Assembly: GCA_043750125.1 (NCBI GenBank)
Contig: JAYVCD010000396.1
Span: 1 to 18,568, forward strand
Direction of reading: 5' to 3'
Length of the DNA: 18,568 nucleotides
Source: Archangiaceae bacterium
GTDB taxonomy: Bacteria > Myxococcota > Myxococcia > Myxococcales > Myxococcaceae
Both the position numbers and the translations under genes were made by a program. Shown here piece by piece: positions 1-9,059 of the stretch. The notes beneath the pieces were generated by a model. It was not told the origin of the DNA, did not search any database, and saw only the letters and a program-made list of their open reading frames with translations. Positions within the stretch are counted from its first letter, which is position 1, and each line of letters opens with the position of its first letter.

Positions 1-1
1 C

Positions 2-2056
2 ACGGGCTCGACCGGCGCCGGAAGCGAGGTCTTCAACGCCGAGACCTTCCCCTTGAACGTGAACTCGAACGTCACGCTCACGACCAGCGACCTCGTGCCC
101 ACTCCGGTCAACTACGTCATCCAGTTCACCGACAACACCTCGGGCCAGAGCGCGGTCGTGGTGCATGACCAGTCTGCGTTCAGTGCGTTCACCGTTCAGA
201 ACGTCAACGGGGCGGCGAGCTCGGTCGGGATCTCCACCGCGTGCCCGGCGTCTCCGCTTGCGACGGCCAAGCTGAGCAACGTGGTGGTGATCGGAAAGTC
301 GACGGTGGGCGCAAACCCGGCGCTGGCCGCGGGACTCAACGTGGTCTCGAACTGCAGCGTGGCGATCGACGCGACCGACTTCCGCAGCGCGGGCTTCGGG
401 ATCAGGCTGATCGCGACGACCAACGCGACGAGCGTCTCGGTGACGAACAGCACCGTCGACTCGAACAGCGCGGTCGGCATCCTCGCGACCCGGGGCACCC
501 TCACCGTCGCCGGCAGCACCGTCCGGAACAACGCGCTGGAAGGAATTCGCATTGCTCCGTCGGGAGGCGAGGTGCTGTTCACTCTGACCGGAGGAAAAGT
601 CGAGGGGAACGTCCAGGGCGGCCTGAGCTTCCTCGGCGCAGGTACCGCGGCCAGCACCGCGAGCGTCACCAACACCGAAGTCCGCAACAACGGCTCGAGC
701 TCTTCCAGCGCGTCGACGTTCTTCGGAATCCTGGTGGTCGCTTCGGGTCGAACGGTGAACCTCGTCGGGGTCAACGTCCACGACAACGCCGCCGGCGGTC
801 TCGCCGCACTCACGGGAGGCCTCGCCTCTGGGCCGACCGTGAACATCAGCGGGGTCTCGCACTTCGACACCAACGGCACGTCGTCGAACGCGGCGCCCGG
901 AGCGAGCGCGACCGGGGTCGGCACGATTCTCACCGCGACCGGAGCGACCTTCTCGTCCAACCGGGGCGCCGGGGTGCACGTCGGCGGGCAGGCGGTGGGC
1001 ACCTTCTCGGGCATCACCGTCAACGGCAACGGCGCCGGGCAGTCGGCGGCGAACAATGGCGGCGGTGGCTTCCAGGTCGAGAACGGAACCGCGAGCATCA
1101 ACGCGACCAATGGCCCGACCTCGATTCAAAAGAACGCCTTTAACGGAATCAAAGAAAGCAGCGGCTCGCTCACCCTCACCGGCACCGGGAGCGCGCTGAT
1201 CGACGTGAGCAACAACGGAATTCCCTCTGCCACCCAACCGGCGGCCTCGAGCGGCGCGTACATCGGCGGCGCCACGTTCAACAACAGCTTCGTCAGCTTC
1301 CATGACAACGGGAACCACGGGGTCGAAGTTTCCAACACCGGGGCCAACCCGATTGGGCAACCGATCTCGATGACGAGCTGCAGCTTCGCCAACAACGCGA
1401 AGTCCGGTCTTCACGTCGACGTCTCGTCGCCGATCGTGCTCACCGGAGCCAACTCGCTCAACGTCTTCTCTTCGACGTTCACCAACAATCTGCACGGGAT
1501 CAACGTCGCTGCTTCCGCAGGTGACGTCCACGCAGCCTTCCAGAGCAACACCATCACCAATTCCTCGGACACCGGGGTCTACGTGACGGGCACACTGAAC
1601 TCGGTGCTCAACTTCAACGGCAACACCGTCTCGAACAACAAGGCCGTGACGCTCTTCGGCGGACAGGGCGTGGGCGGAATGCTGTTCATCGGAACCGCCC
1701 CGGGTGCGGGGAAGCTCGGGTTCACGTCCAACCTGATTCACCACAATGCCTTCAACCAGGTCATCGCGGCCGGTGGCGTGGCCGGCCCGACGTTGTGGGC
1801 GCTCAACGGAACCGCGGGAGCCTCGTGTGTTCAGGGCACCGCCAACACCTTCGGTTGCTACAACAGCTCGCCCGCGCCTTCGGCCTCGGTGGGGGTGGTG
1901 GCGATCGGGCTGAACGTCACCGTCCAGGCGAACGGGAACTCCTGGCAAAACGCCGCTCCGGCTGCGGGAACGGACTTCTCGACCGCCGCTGGAGCGATCT
2001 TCTTTCCCGCTCCTCCTTCGCCGGTGTGTGCCGCCAGCGCGATTGCCTGTCCGTAG
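2..2056 (+). CDS. Secreted right-handed parallel beta-helix repeat protein (pectin-lyase-like fold, DUF1565-like), 5'-partial
   Basis: The frame is open from base 2 (TGSTGAGSEVFNAETFPLNV...), so the true start lies upstream of the window and the TTG at 53 is probably not the start. The ETFPL motif (41-55) resembles the DUF1565 N-terminal motif. Many PbH1-type repeats (VRNNALEGIRI, VEGNVQGGLSF, FHDNGNHGVEV, FANNAKSGLHV). Strong GC3 bias. Ends with TAG at 2054-2056. Confidence 0.8.
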   Translation, partial: TGSTGAGSEVFNAETFPLNVNSNVTLTTSDLVPTPVNYVIQFTDNTSGQSAVVVHDQSAFSAFTVQNVNGAASSVGISTACPASPLATAKLSNVVVIGKSTVGANPALAAGLNVVSNCSVAIDATDFRSAGFGIRLIATTNATSVSVTNSTVDSNSAVGILATRGTLTVAGSTVRNNALEGIRIAPSGGEVLFTLTGGKVEGNVQGGLSFLGAGTAASTASVTNTEVRNNGSSSSSASTFFGILVVASGRTVNLVGVNVHDNAAGGLAALTGGLASGPTVNISGVSHFDTNGTSSNAAPGASATGVGTILTATGATFSSNRGAGVHVGGQAVGTFSGITVNGNGAGQSAANNGGGGFQVENGTASINATNGPTSIQKNAFNGIKESSGSLTLTGTGSALIDVSNNGIPSATQPAASSGAYIGGATFNNSFVSFHDNGNHGVEVSNTGANPIGQPISMTSCSFANNAKSGLHVDVSSPIVLTGANSLNVFSSTFTNNLHGINVAASAGDVHAAFQSNTITNSSDTGVYVTGTLNSVLNFNGNTVSNNKAVTLFGGQGVGGMLFIGTAPGAGKLGFTSNLIHHNAFNQVIAAGGVAGPTLWALNGTAGASCVQGTANTFGCYNSSPAPSASVGVVAIGLNVTVQANGNSWQNAAPAAGTDFSTAAGAIFFPAPPSPVCAASAIACP

Positions 2057-2066
2057 GCCCGCAACC

Positions 2067-2351
2067 TCAAGGACAGCCGCAGTACGCCTTCGCCGCTCCG
2101 GTCAGATCGCCGGGGACGGCGGGCGCCTGGTACACGACCGCGGCGTTCGCATCGGCCGCGTGGGCCTTCAGCGCGGCCAGCCCCACCGCATCGGTTTGCG
2201 CGCACCAATCGGCTGCGTCAACACCAACACCGCCATCAGCACGCATCTCATGGCCGGCCACTGTCGCACGGTCCAAGCCAGTGCAACCCCCCGCCACCTC
2301 GGCAGAGCCTGGCGTGGGAAGCGCACCCCCGTTCTCACCGGGGCAGCTGCG
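2067..2351 (-). pseudogene. Probable C-terminal remnant of a Cys-containing secreted protein (or a small hypothetical protein)
   Basis: The distal codons are GC3-rich and read WCAQTDAVGLAALKAHAADANAAVVYQAP...AYCGCP*. An upstream in-frame TGA is present, with no convincing start or signal peptide. Confidence 0.3.
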
Positions 2352-2437
2352 TCAGGCTTGAACGCGCTTTGTCCCAGGTCAGTTCTTTGGGGGACCGATC
2401 TGGACATTCCGCCGCGCTGACCTTCATATCGGCGGTC

Positions 2438-3895
2438 ATGATCCTTCGAATCCCTTGCTCATTGCTGGTCGTGGCCCTGGCCGCTTGCAGCGCACCCAAC
2501 ACGGGCACCGGGGGAGGCGAAGGGGGCGCGGCCGGAGGCGGAGGCGAAGGAGGCGGTGACGCGGCCAGTGGAGGAGGCAACGCAGCCGGTGGAGGCAACG
2601 CAGCCGGTGGTGGCGCGGGAGGTGGCAGCTCGGCGGGCGGCGGCACCGGGTCCGTTCATACCGGCACCTACCCCGACTCTTCCGGAGGGACCAACGGCAC
2701 CCACCCCCAGCTGATCATCGACAGCGCCGGGGTGCGCCACATGGCCTACGAGACCATCGATTCGATCGGCACCGCCTACCCGGTGCGTTACGGCGAGTGC
2801 GCGGCCGACTGCATCAACAACACCAGCTGGAAGTGGGCTTCCATCGGCGACCGCGGCCTGTTCGGGAACAACGCCCGGCTCGCGCTCAATGCCGCGGGCA
2901 AGCCGCGAATGATCTGGGCCAAAGCGGACCTGATCGATGACCCCCAGCAGCTGCAGTACGCCAGCTGCGACACCGGCTGCACCACCGCCGCGAACTGGAC
3001 CATCGCCACCTTCATCACTCTTCCCAAGATTCAGCGTCTTTCCGGCAGCCCGGGGCGAACGCTGGCCGTCGATGGGGCCGGGCGGCTCCACTTCCTCTAC
3101 TTCACCTCGTCGGCGCTCAACTACATCTCGTGCGGCAGCAACTGCACTGCTGCGGGCTCGTGGGACGCTCCGGTCGTCCTGGTGACTGAGAGTGGCCGCG
3201 CGAGCATCGCGGTATCACCGACCGGGCAGGTGCGCGTCGCGTACACCACCTACCCGGATCCGTTCCTCTCGTACCGAAGCTGCGAGTCCAACTGCACGGT
3301 GGCCGCCAACTGGGCCGCGGAACTGGGCCTCTATTTCAGCGGTGCCGGGCTGGTCGCGATCCGCCTCGATGCGCAGGGGCATCCGCGCATCATGTACAAC
3401 CAGGAAAATTCGCAGCAGCCCACCAGCACCACCAACTTCCAGCCGCTGTATGCGACCTGCGATGCGGCCTGCAACACCGCGGGAGGTTGGCAAGCCGCGT
3501 CGATCGGCCTGGTCTACGGCGATGGGGTGAAGGGCCTGGACTTCCAGCTCGACGACACCGGAAAGCCGGTCGCGGCGATGCTGATGAATGACACCACGCT
3601 GGGCATCGTGCGCTGCACCAACAATTGCACCGCCGGGATGGGAGCGTCCTGGACCGTCGCGCGCGTCGAGAGCTCCGAGTCGCTGGAAGCCGAGCTGAAG
3701 GCGCTGCGGCCCAGCTGCCCCGTGAACAAGGCGCCGATCGCCTACTGGTACCCGGGTGAGCAAGCCTCGCTGGCGATCCACCCGACGACGAAGCTCGCCG
3801 AGGTCGCCCACCGCGCGACCACCCTTCAGAAGTGCGGCGGCAGCGGGAACGCGATCGACGGCCCGAGCGTCGCGCGGTACTCGGGCGGCTTTTAG
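2438..3895 (+). CDS. Lipoprotein with six Y-x2-C-x3-C-x5-W repeats (putative disulfide-stapled beta-propeller, BNR-like)
   Basis: ATG 2438 gives MILRIPCSLLVVALAAC (lipobox LAAC), then a Gly-rich linker. Repeats: YGECAADCINNTSW, YASCDTGCTTAANW, YISCGSNCTAAGSW, YRSCESNCTVAANW, YATCDAACNTAGGW, IVRCTNNCTAGMGASW. Each is preceded by a D/N-x-x-G-x-(P)-H/R-hydrophobic beta-turn motif. Confidence 0.8.
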   Translation: MILRIPCSLLVVALAACSAPNTGTGGGEGGAAGGGGEGGGDAASGGGNAAGGGNAAGGGAGGGSSAGGGTGSVHTGTYPDSSGGTNGTHPQLIIDSAGVRHMAYETIDSIGTAYPVRYGECAADCINNTSWKWASIGDRGLFGNNARLALNAAGKPRMIWAKADLIDDPQQLQYASCDTGCTTAANWTIATFITLPKIQRLSGSPGRTLAVDGAGRLHFLYFTSSALNYISCGSNCTAAGSWDAPVVLVTESGRASIAVSPTGQVRVAYTTYPDPFLSYRSCESNCTVAANWAAELGLYFSGAGLVAIRLDAQGHPRIMYNQENSQQPTSTTNFQPLYATCDAACNTAGGWQAASIGLVYGDGVKGLDFQLDDTGKPVAAMLMNDTTLGIVRCTNNCTAGMGASWTVARVESSESLEAELKALRPSCPVNKAPIAYWYPGEQASLAIHPTTKLAEVAHRATTLQKCGGSGNAIDGPSVARYSGGF

Positions 3896-4033
3896 AGTCT
3901 TCCCGTCACTGCGGCGCAGAGAGCCTGTTCTCTCCGCGGCCAAAAGCGAACCAGTGCACGGCCGCGGCGCGGTAATCGTTGCCAAACGCGCACCACTTCT
4001 CGGTTCGAGATTTCGCCAACCGATGCGGCGGTC

Positions 4034-4306
4034 GTGATCGCAGTCCTCGCCGCCAGCGATGGTGGGATCCCGATGGCGAACGGCCAGCTGCTGCGGGGAA
4101 TCAAGACTGCGGGTACGTTCGACAAGCAAGCCGATGGCAGCTGGAAGGCGAGCGCAGGCTTCAGCGACCTGGTCGCCCCTGGAGACAAGGAAGGCGCCGA
4201 CAAGCTGGCTTCGATTTCCCTCGAGGCCGCCTTCAACGTCTCCACCTGCGATGCGGTCGTCAAGCCACAGTGGCTTAGGAGTCTTTCGTGTTGCTGCGAG
4301 TTCTGA
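4034..4306 (+). pseudogene. Small hypothetical ORF or gene fragment
   Basis: Codons at about 4022-4265 have coding-like GC3 bias ([33 protein letters not shown]...). No RBS or signal peptide, and no recognised family. Confidence 0.3.
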
Positions 4307-4451
4307 GCGCACTCAGCCTTGCTTTCCTGCCCCTGGCTTGTGGGGTGGCCGACCGAAACGGACTGAGGCGCGCGCGTTTCGCGGGGGCGGCGCACACTCT
4401 GCGCGTTCGCGGGTGGGCAGTAGGTTGGGCCTCAAGGGACAAGGAAAACTC

Positions 4452-5963
4452 ATGGCTCATCATCGCCGCGCACTTCACGTTCGTTTCACCTGGGCACTGC
4501 TGTGCGGGGTGGGCCTGCTGGGCTGTGGCGGCTCAGGCGTGGGGCTCGTCCCCGACGCGGGGACCGTTCGACTGCCGGGCGACGCGGGGGTCCAAGGGGA
4601 AGACGCCGGCAGCGGGGAAGACGCAGGGACAACAGCAGACGCGGGGAGCACGGAAGACGCAGGCTCCCGGCTGGACGCGGGCCTCGCCGACTCTGGGTTT
4701 CCCCCGGACAGTGGCTCGATTCCCGACTCGGGCTCGATGCCCCTGCCCTACCCCACCCGCACCACCTACCACTTGAAGGGCGTGCAGCCGGACTTCTGGT
4801 CGGACCGGGCAGAGATCGCCGGCAACAATGCAGGCGGCGTCTCGATGAACCTGCTCTGGGCCAACTGGCAAGGGACGTTGACCCCCGGGCCCTGCACTGC
4901 GGCGCAAGAGCTGTACGACGGGCAGTGCTTCAACATCGATCAGTCCGTCGACATCGCGATCACCGACTGGACCGCGCGCGGGGTGGTCGTCACCGCCATC
5001 GCCTACGGGACTCCAGCGTGGGCACGCGCAGGTCGCGTCTGTTCTCCGGTGAGCCCGGGCTTTGAAATCTTCTGCGCCCCCAACAACCCCGCCGACTACG
5101 GACGCTTCGTCGGAATGCTCGCGCACCGCTATGACGGGAAGAACGGGCACGGTCGCATCGCCGACTTCGTGATCCACAACGAGGTCAACACCAACGATTG
5201 GTTCGACATCGGGTGCGGGCAAGGAGTCGCCTGCAACACCGTGCAGTGGCTCGACACCTACGCCGCCAACTACACCGCCGCCTACGACGCAGTGATGCGC
5301 GAGCAGTCGACCGCGAAGGTCTTCATCTCTCTCGACCCCCACTTCGGCCGGGTCTACGACCAGCCCGCAGCGGCCAACCCCAAGCTGTCGGGGATGACGC
5401 TGATCGAAGGGGTCGCCGCTCGTGTGGGGGCTCGAAAGTGGCGCGTCGCCTTCCACCCCTACCCTCCCGACCTGGCCGCAGCCGCCTTCTCAGCGGACGA
5501 CTTTCCCTGGGTCAGCTTCGGCAACGTCGGAGTCCTCGCCGGTTGGCTGCGGGCCACGTTCCCGGGGACTCCATCGGCCTGGGAGATTCACCTCACCGAG
5601 CAAGGCATCACTTCGGTCGGAGCCAATTCCAGCGAAGCGCTGCAGGCCTCTCAGCTGTGCGCCGCGTTCGGCAACATCATCGGCACGCCCGGAATCGAAT
5701 CGTTCATCTACCACCGGATGGTGGATCACCCGACCGAGGTCGCCGGAGGCCTCGCGCTCGGCCTGCGCCGCAGTGACAAGACCGCCAAGCCGTCCTGGGC
5801 CACCTGGGCGCTGGCCAACCGAAATGACATCAACCCGCCGCAGCTCTCGTGCGGCTTCGAGAACCTCCCGTACGTCCGGCTTCGCCGAAGCCATTCCAAT
5901 ACCCGGGGACACTGGCTCTCGAGCCGGGCCGCTCCGAGTGGATTTACCCTCGAGCAGTCCTAG
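4452..5963 (+). CDS. Lipoprotein clan GH-A glycoside hydrolase (DUF5722 / GH39-GH5-like TIM barrel), ending at a probably premature TAG
   Basis: AAGGA precedes ATG 4452. Signal peptide with lipobox (..[12 protein letters not shown]) and an EDAG-repeat linker. Acid/base motif IHNEVN (Glu at 5181-5183), AFHPYP, nucleophile motif IHLTEQG (Glu at 5598-5600), and LGL...KPSW near the barrel end. Confidence 0.75.
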   Translation: MAHHRRALHVRFTWALLCGVGLLGCGGSGVGLVPDAGTVRLPGDAGVQGEDAGSGEDAGTTADAGSTEDAGSRLDAGLADSGFPPDSGSIPDSGSMPLPYPTRTTYHLKGVQPDFWSDRAEIAGNNAGGVSMNLLWANWQGTLTPGPCTAAQELYDGQCFNIDQSVDIAITDWTARGVVVTAIAYGTPAWARAGRVCSPVSPGFEIFCAPNNPADYGRFVGMLAHRYDGKNGHGRIADFVIHNEVNTNDWFDIGCGQGVACNTVQWLDTYAANYTAAYDAVMREQSTAKVFISLDPHFGRVYDQPAAANPKLSGMTLIEGVAARVGARKWRVAFHPYPPDLAAAAFSADDFPWVSFGNVGVLAGWLRATFPGTPSAWEIHLTEQGITSVGANSSEALQASQLCAAFGNIIGTPGIESFIYHRMVDHPTEVAGGLALGLRRSDKTAKPSWATWALANRNDINPPQLSCGFENLPYVRLRRSHSNTRGHWLSSRAAPSGFTLEQS

Positions 5964-6224
5964 AGGCTGTACCGCGAGCCGGTTGCAGGAACGCACCTCA
6001 TCTACGAGTGCAGCGTGGGTCAGCACAACCTGCTCTCGCTCGCCGCGGCCTGCGAAGGGCTGCTCCCGTTGGGCCCCGTCGGCTACGCGCACAACACCCA
6101 GGTGGCGGGGACCGTCGCGCTCTACCGCTGCAGCGTCGCCGCGGGCGCAGACCACTTCGCGTCGGTCGACCCGGGTTGCGAGGGACAGACGGCCGAAGGG
6201 TTGCTGGGTTACGTCCTGCCTTAG
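5964..6224 (+). pseudogene. In-frame continuation of the glycoside hydrolase after the TAG: C-terminal repeat domain (DUF5648-like, LYRC...DHF.S.DPGCEG...EG.LGY)
   Basis: Same frame as 4452. Reads EQS*RLYREPVAGTHLIYECSVGQHNLLSLAAACEGLLPLGPVGY...VALYRCSVAAGADHFASVDPGCEGQTAEGLLGYVLP*. The first repeat of this domain begins before the TAG ([22 protein letters not shown]). Confidence 0.75.
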
Positions 6225-6231
6225 CGGGCGG

Positions 6232-7689
6232 TCAGGGGCAGCTGCGCGCCTCGAGTTCCCAGGCACCGAGGTCCGGCCTGGGGCCGCGCGGACTGCCCCG
6301 TCGATCAACCAATGGAGTCTCGGCATTAATCAGCGCCGCGTCGATTTGCGGCGCACCCGGTGCCGGAGCGAAGTCCGTCAGGTTGGCGAACTGGGGCGCG
6401 GTGGTCATCAGCCCGGTCCCGCCCCCTCCGGTGCGCACCATGTTGTTGGACTCGAAAGTGGGCCGGGGATCGCCGGGGTCGAGCTGAATGGTGGGCAGCA
6501 CGTTGTTCCAGAGCTTCACGTTGTTGTTGCCGGTGATGATCACGTTGCCCTGCTGGTCGTGGGGCACGCGACGCCAGGTGTGGAGTCCCGAGCCGCAGTC
6601 AGCGACGGTGTTGTAGACGATTGACACCCGGTCGACGGCGTCGAGTTCGATCGCGTTGCCGCCCCAGCCGGTGATCAGATTGTTCGCCACCGTGATGTCG
6701 GTCGAGAGCATGTATTGAACGCCCGCGTAGTTGTCCCACTCCACCCCGGGCGTGGCGAGCTGCACCGCGCTGCTGTTGACCGTCTTGTCTCCGCGCATTC
6801 GGTTTCGTGCGATCACGATTCGCGTGGCCCCTGCGGTGAGGACCCCGCTCCCTTTCGGGTTGTGAAAATCGTTGTCTTCAATCACCGCGTCTCGCCCACC
6901 TGAAAATTGAAAGCAGTTGTGGGTGCCGCAGATGAACTCGTTCTGACGAAATTCCAGATGGTGGTTCCAGGTCGCCTCGAGGCCAAAGCTTCCCCCGAGG
7001 AAGATGGTTCTCTCGCCCCCCGCAATCTTCGAGCGGAGCACCTTGATGTCATGGGTCGGGCCGCCCGGAGAGTTGAACAGCTCGAGGCCCGACGTGGTTT
7101 GGGCGCCTACGTCCAGCGTCACCTGGTCGAAGACGATGTACGAGGCGTTGCGCAGGTTGACCACGGCGTCGAAGTGCAGCCCTCGCAGCTGCAGATGCGA
7201 GCCATTGTGAATCTGCAGCCCGTGGAACAGCGGCGTCTCACCCGCGGCTGCTTCGATGAACACGTCGGCAGACAGCGCCCGGGTGATTGTCTCCGAGGGG
7301 TAGCTGCCGCCGTGGACCACAATCTTGTCTCCGGGTTGTGCCGTCGCGAGCACCGAACCCAACGTCGCCCCGGGCGAAAGCAGCAACGTCGCACCCGACC
7401 CCGCACCCAGACCCGCGTCGTAGCCGAGGCACGCCCCGCCCGCATCGGAGCCACCGCCACCGCCGACACCGCCGCCGGAGCCATTGCCACCGCCTCCAAC
7501 ACCGCCGCCGACTCCGGCCACACCACCGCCGCCGACTCCGGCCACACCACCGCCGCCTCCGTCGAACATCGTCGACCCGTCCGGAATCCCAGCGTCGCCG
7601 ATCGGACCTCCGGCGGTTCCGCTGCAGGCCGCGCAGCTCAGCGTGAGCAACACCGCCAGCCCCTGCTCGAGTCGTCTCAACGCGCTCAC
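6232..7689 (-). CDS. Lipoprotein with right-handed parallel beta-helix domain (polysaccharide-lyase-like)
   Basis: The GTG at 7689 overlaps the upstream stop (GTGA). Signal peptide ...LAVLLTLSCAAC, then a Gly/DAG linker. AQPGDKIVVHGGSY N-cap, PbH1 repeats (IEDNDFHN, IARNRMRG, VANNLITG, IVYNTVAD, LWNNVL), and a typical C-terminus D-F...SP/APQIDAA...DRRGSPR...PDLGAWE. Confidence 0.82.
   Translation of the reverse strand: MSALRRLEQGLAVLLTLSCAACSGTAGGPIGDAGIPDGSTMFDGGGGGVAGVGGGGVAGVGGGVGGGGNGSGGGVGGGGGSDAGGACLGYDAGLGAGSGATLLLSPGATLGSVLATAQPGDKIVVHGGSYPSETITRALSADVFIEAAAGETPLFHGLQIHNGSHLQLRGLHFDAVVNLRNASYIVFDQVTLDVGAQTTSGLELFNSPGGPTHDIKVLRSKIAGGERTIFLGGSFGLEATWNHHLEFRQNEFICGTHNCFQFSGGRDAVIEDNDFHNPKGSGVLTAGATRIVIARNRMRGDKTVNSSAVQLATPGVEWDNYAGVQYMLSTDITVANNLITGWGGNAIELDAVDRVSIVYNTVADCGSGLHTWRRVPHDQQGNVIITGNNNVKLWNNVLPTIQLDPGDPRPTFESNNMVRTGGGGTGLMTTAPQFANLTDFAPAPGAPQIDAALINAETPLVDRRGSPRGPRPDLGAWELEARSCP
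7501..7557. repeat. 24-nt tandem repeat (about 2.4 copies) encoding a GGGGVAGV linker
   Basis: ACCGCCGCCGACTCCGGCCACACC at 7501-7524 and 7525-7548, plus a partial copy. Confidence 0.8.
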
Positions 7690-9059
7690 ACCAGGTTCGG
7701 CATCGGGCCCGCGCCGTCCGGCAGCAGCAGTGGGTCTCCCCAGGTCTGCACGTCGGCGTAGCCCATATAATTCCACAGCGAGACGAGCAGGTTCGAGAGC
7801 GCGCGCTTCGGAGTCGCGTTGAGATCCAAAGCCCGGCCCATTCGGAAGTACGAATCCCCGCTGGCCAGCACCACCAGGTCCTTGTCCTTCTGATGGGTGT
7901 CGCCTTGCGACAGCTCGCTCCAGTGCATCACCATCGTGCGATCAAAGAGCGTTCCTCCGGCTTCCGGAAGCTTCTTCAGCTCGTCGTGCAGCCGGGTCGA
8001 AAGGCCGAACAGGTACTTCTTCACCATTCGGATCTTCGCGAACGCGGTGCCGTCCGAGAGGTGCGAGAGCGTGTGGTGACCGTCGGTGAGGCCGAGGTTG
8101 CTGTAGACGCGATCTGAAGTGTTGCCGCTCCAATTGAAGGCCGCGGTGCGGACGAGGTCGCACGCGAACGACATTGCGATCAGCTTGAAGTACGCCGAGC
8201 CGACGGCGGCGTGGTTGTCCGGGTTGAAGACGTCGATCGGAGTGCCGAGCGTCAGTGGAGCGCAGGCCGGATGCCCCCCGCTCGTCCCCTGCAGCGATCT
8301 CTCGATGTCTCGCAGCGACTGGGCGTGGAGCTCGAGCCGCGCCTTGTCGGTCGACGAGACCCGACTCTGCATTCGGGTCAGCTCGTGGGTCATCAAATCG
8401 AGCGCGGACTGTTTCATCGCGAGGCGGCGCGCGAGGTTCTGCTGGCCGGTCAAATCGATGTTCGCGAACAGCCGGGTGTACGCGGTGAAAGGGCTCGTCT
8501 CGGGAGGAATCGGAGCCTGCGTCCCCACCGGGCCGGCGTGAGAATGCTGATTCCAGATGTCGTTGCCTTTGTCCCCGACCCGGAAGTTCAAGTGGCGCTG
8601 GGGGATGCTCGGGTTGTCCGCGAGGATCCGATCTCCAAGCGCGCGATCGATGCTCGGCCCTTTGACGTAGCCGATGTTCTGACAGTTCTGCCCATTCGCA
8701 TCGCAGGTGCCGCCGATGGGAAAGGAGCCCGAGCCCGATCGCCACGGAGCCAGGGCCGACCCACCCTGCTCATGCCCGTCGGACACCTCTCCGGCGGGAA
8801 GACGGTCGTGGTACTTGTTCACCCCGTCGAGCACCAACAGGTTCGAGCGGTACGCTTCGAACGGGCTCAGCATGTCGGCCAGCTGGAAGGTGGTGACGCC
8901 TTTGGTGGTGAAGCGCTGGGCGATCTGATCGCCATTGGCGGTGAACACCGTCACCAGTCGTCTGGGGGGCAGCGCGGCATCGCCGAACGCCTCGAGCCAC
9001 GGCAGGCTGAGCGAGAGTCCGGCAGCACCCTGAAGCAGATTTCGGCGGGAGACTTTCAT
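7686..9059 (-). CDS. DUF1552 (HXXSHH) domain protein, Tat-exported
   Basis: Twin-arginine signal SRRNLLQGAAGLSLSLPWLEA. Family motifs RRLVTVFTANG, GPSIDR, P..AY.RLF, QSALD, DKARLELH..SLRDIERSL, SFACDLVR, HHTLSH, GTLFDRT...WSEL..GDTH, SNLLVSL. Confidence 0.9.
   Translation of the reverse strand: MKVSRRNLLQGAAGLSLSLPWLEAFGDAALPPRRLVTVFTANGDQIAQRFTTKGVTTFQLADMLSPFEAYRSNLLVLDGVNKYHDRLPAGEVSDGHEQGGSALAPWRSGSGSFPIGGTCDANGQNCQNIGYVKGPSIDRALGDRILADNPSIPQRHLNFRVGDKGNDIWNQHSHAGPVGTQAPIPPETSPFTAYTRLFANIDLTGQQNLARRLAMKQSALDLMTHELTRMQSRVSSTDKARLELHAQSLRDIERSLQGTSGGHPACAPLTLGTPIDVFNPDNHAAVGSAYFKLIAMSFACDLVRTAAFNWSGNTSDRVYSNLGLTDGHHTLSHLSDGTAFAKIRMVKKYLFGLSTRLHDELKKLPEAGGTLFDRTMVMHWSELSQGDTHQKDKDLVVLASGDSYFRMGRALDLNATPKRALSNLLVSLWNYMGYADVQTWGDPLLLPDGAGPMPNLV

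Noticed and set aside
3893-4306. Readthrough of the TAG at 3893-3895 into the downstream open frame
   Set aside because: The frame stays open, but the first 40 or so codons lack coding bias and give Arg-rich, non-protein-like sequence.
4059-4451. N-terminal extension of the 634-aa ORF
   Set aside because: Low-complexity Arg/Ser/Pro sequence. The RBS and signal peptide indicate a start at 4452.
5961-5963. Genome-wide TAG reassignment or pyrrolysine
   Set aside because: Other genes end convincingly at TAG (2056, 6224, 16700), no pyl genes are visible, and the context suggests Trp.
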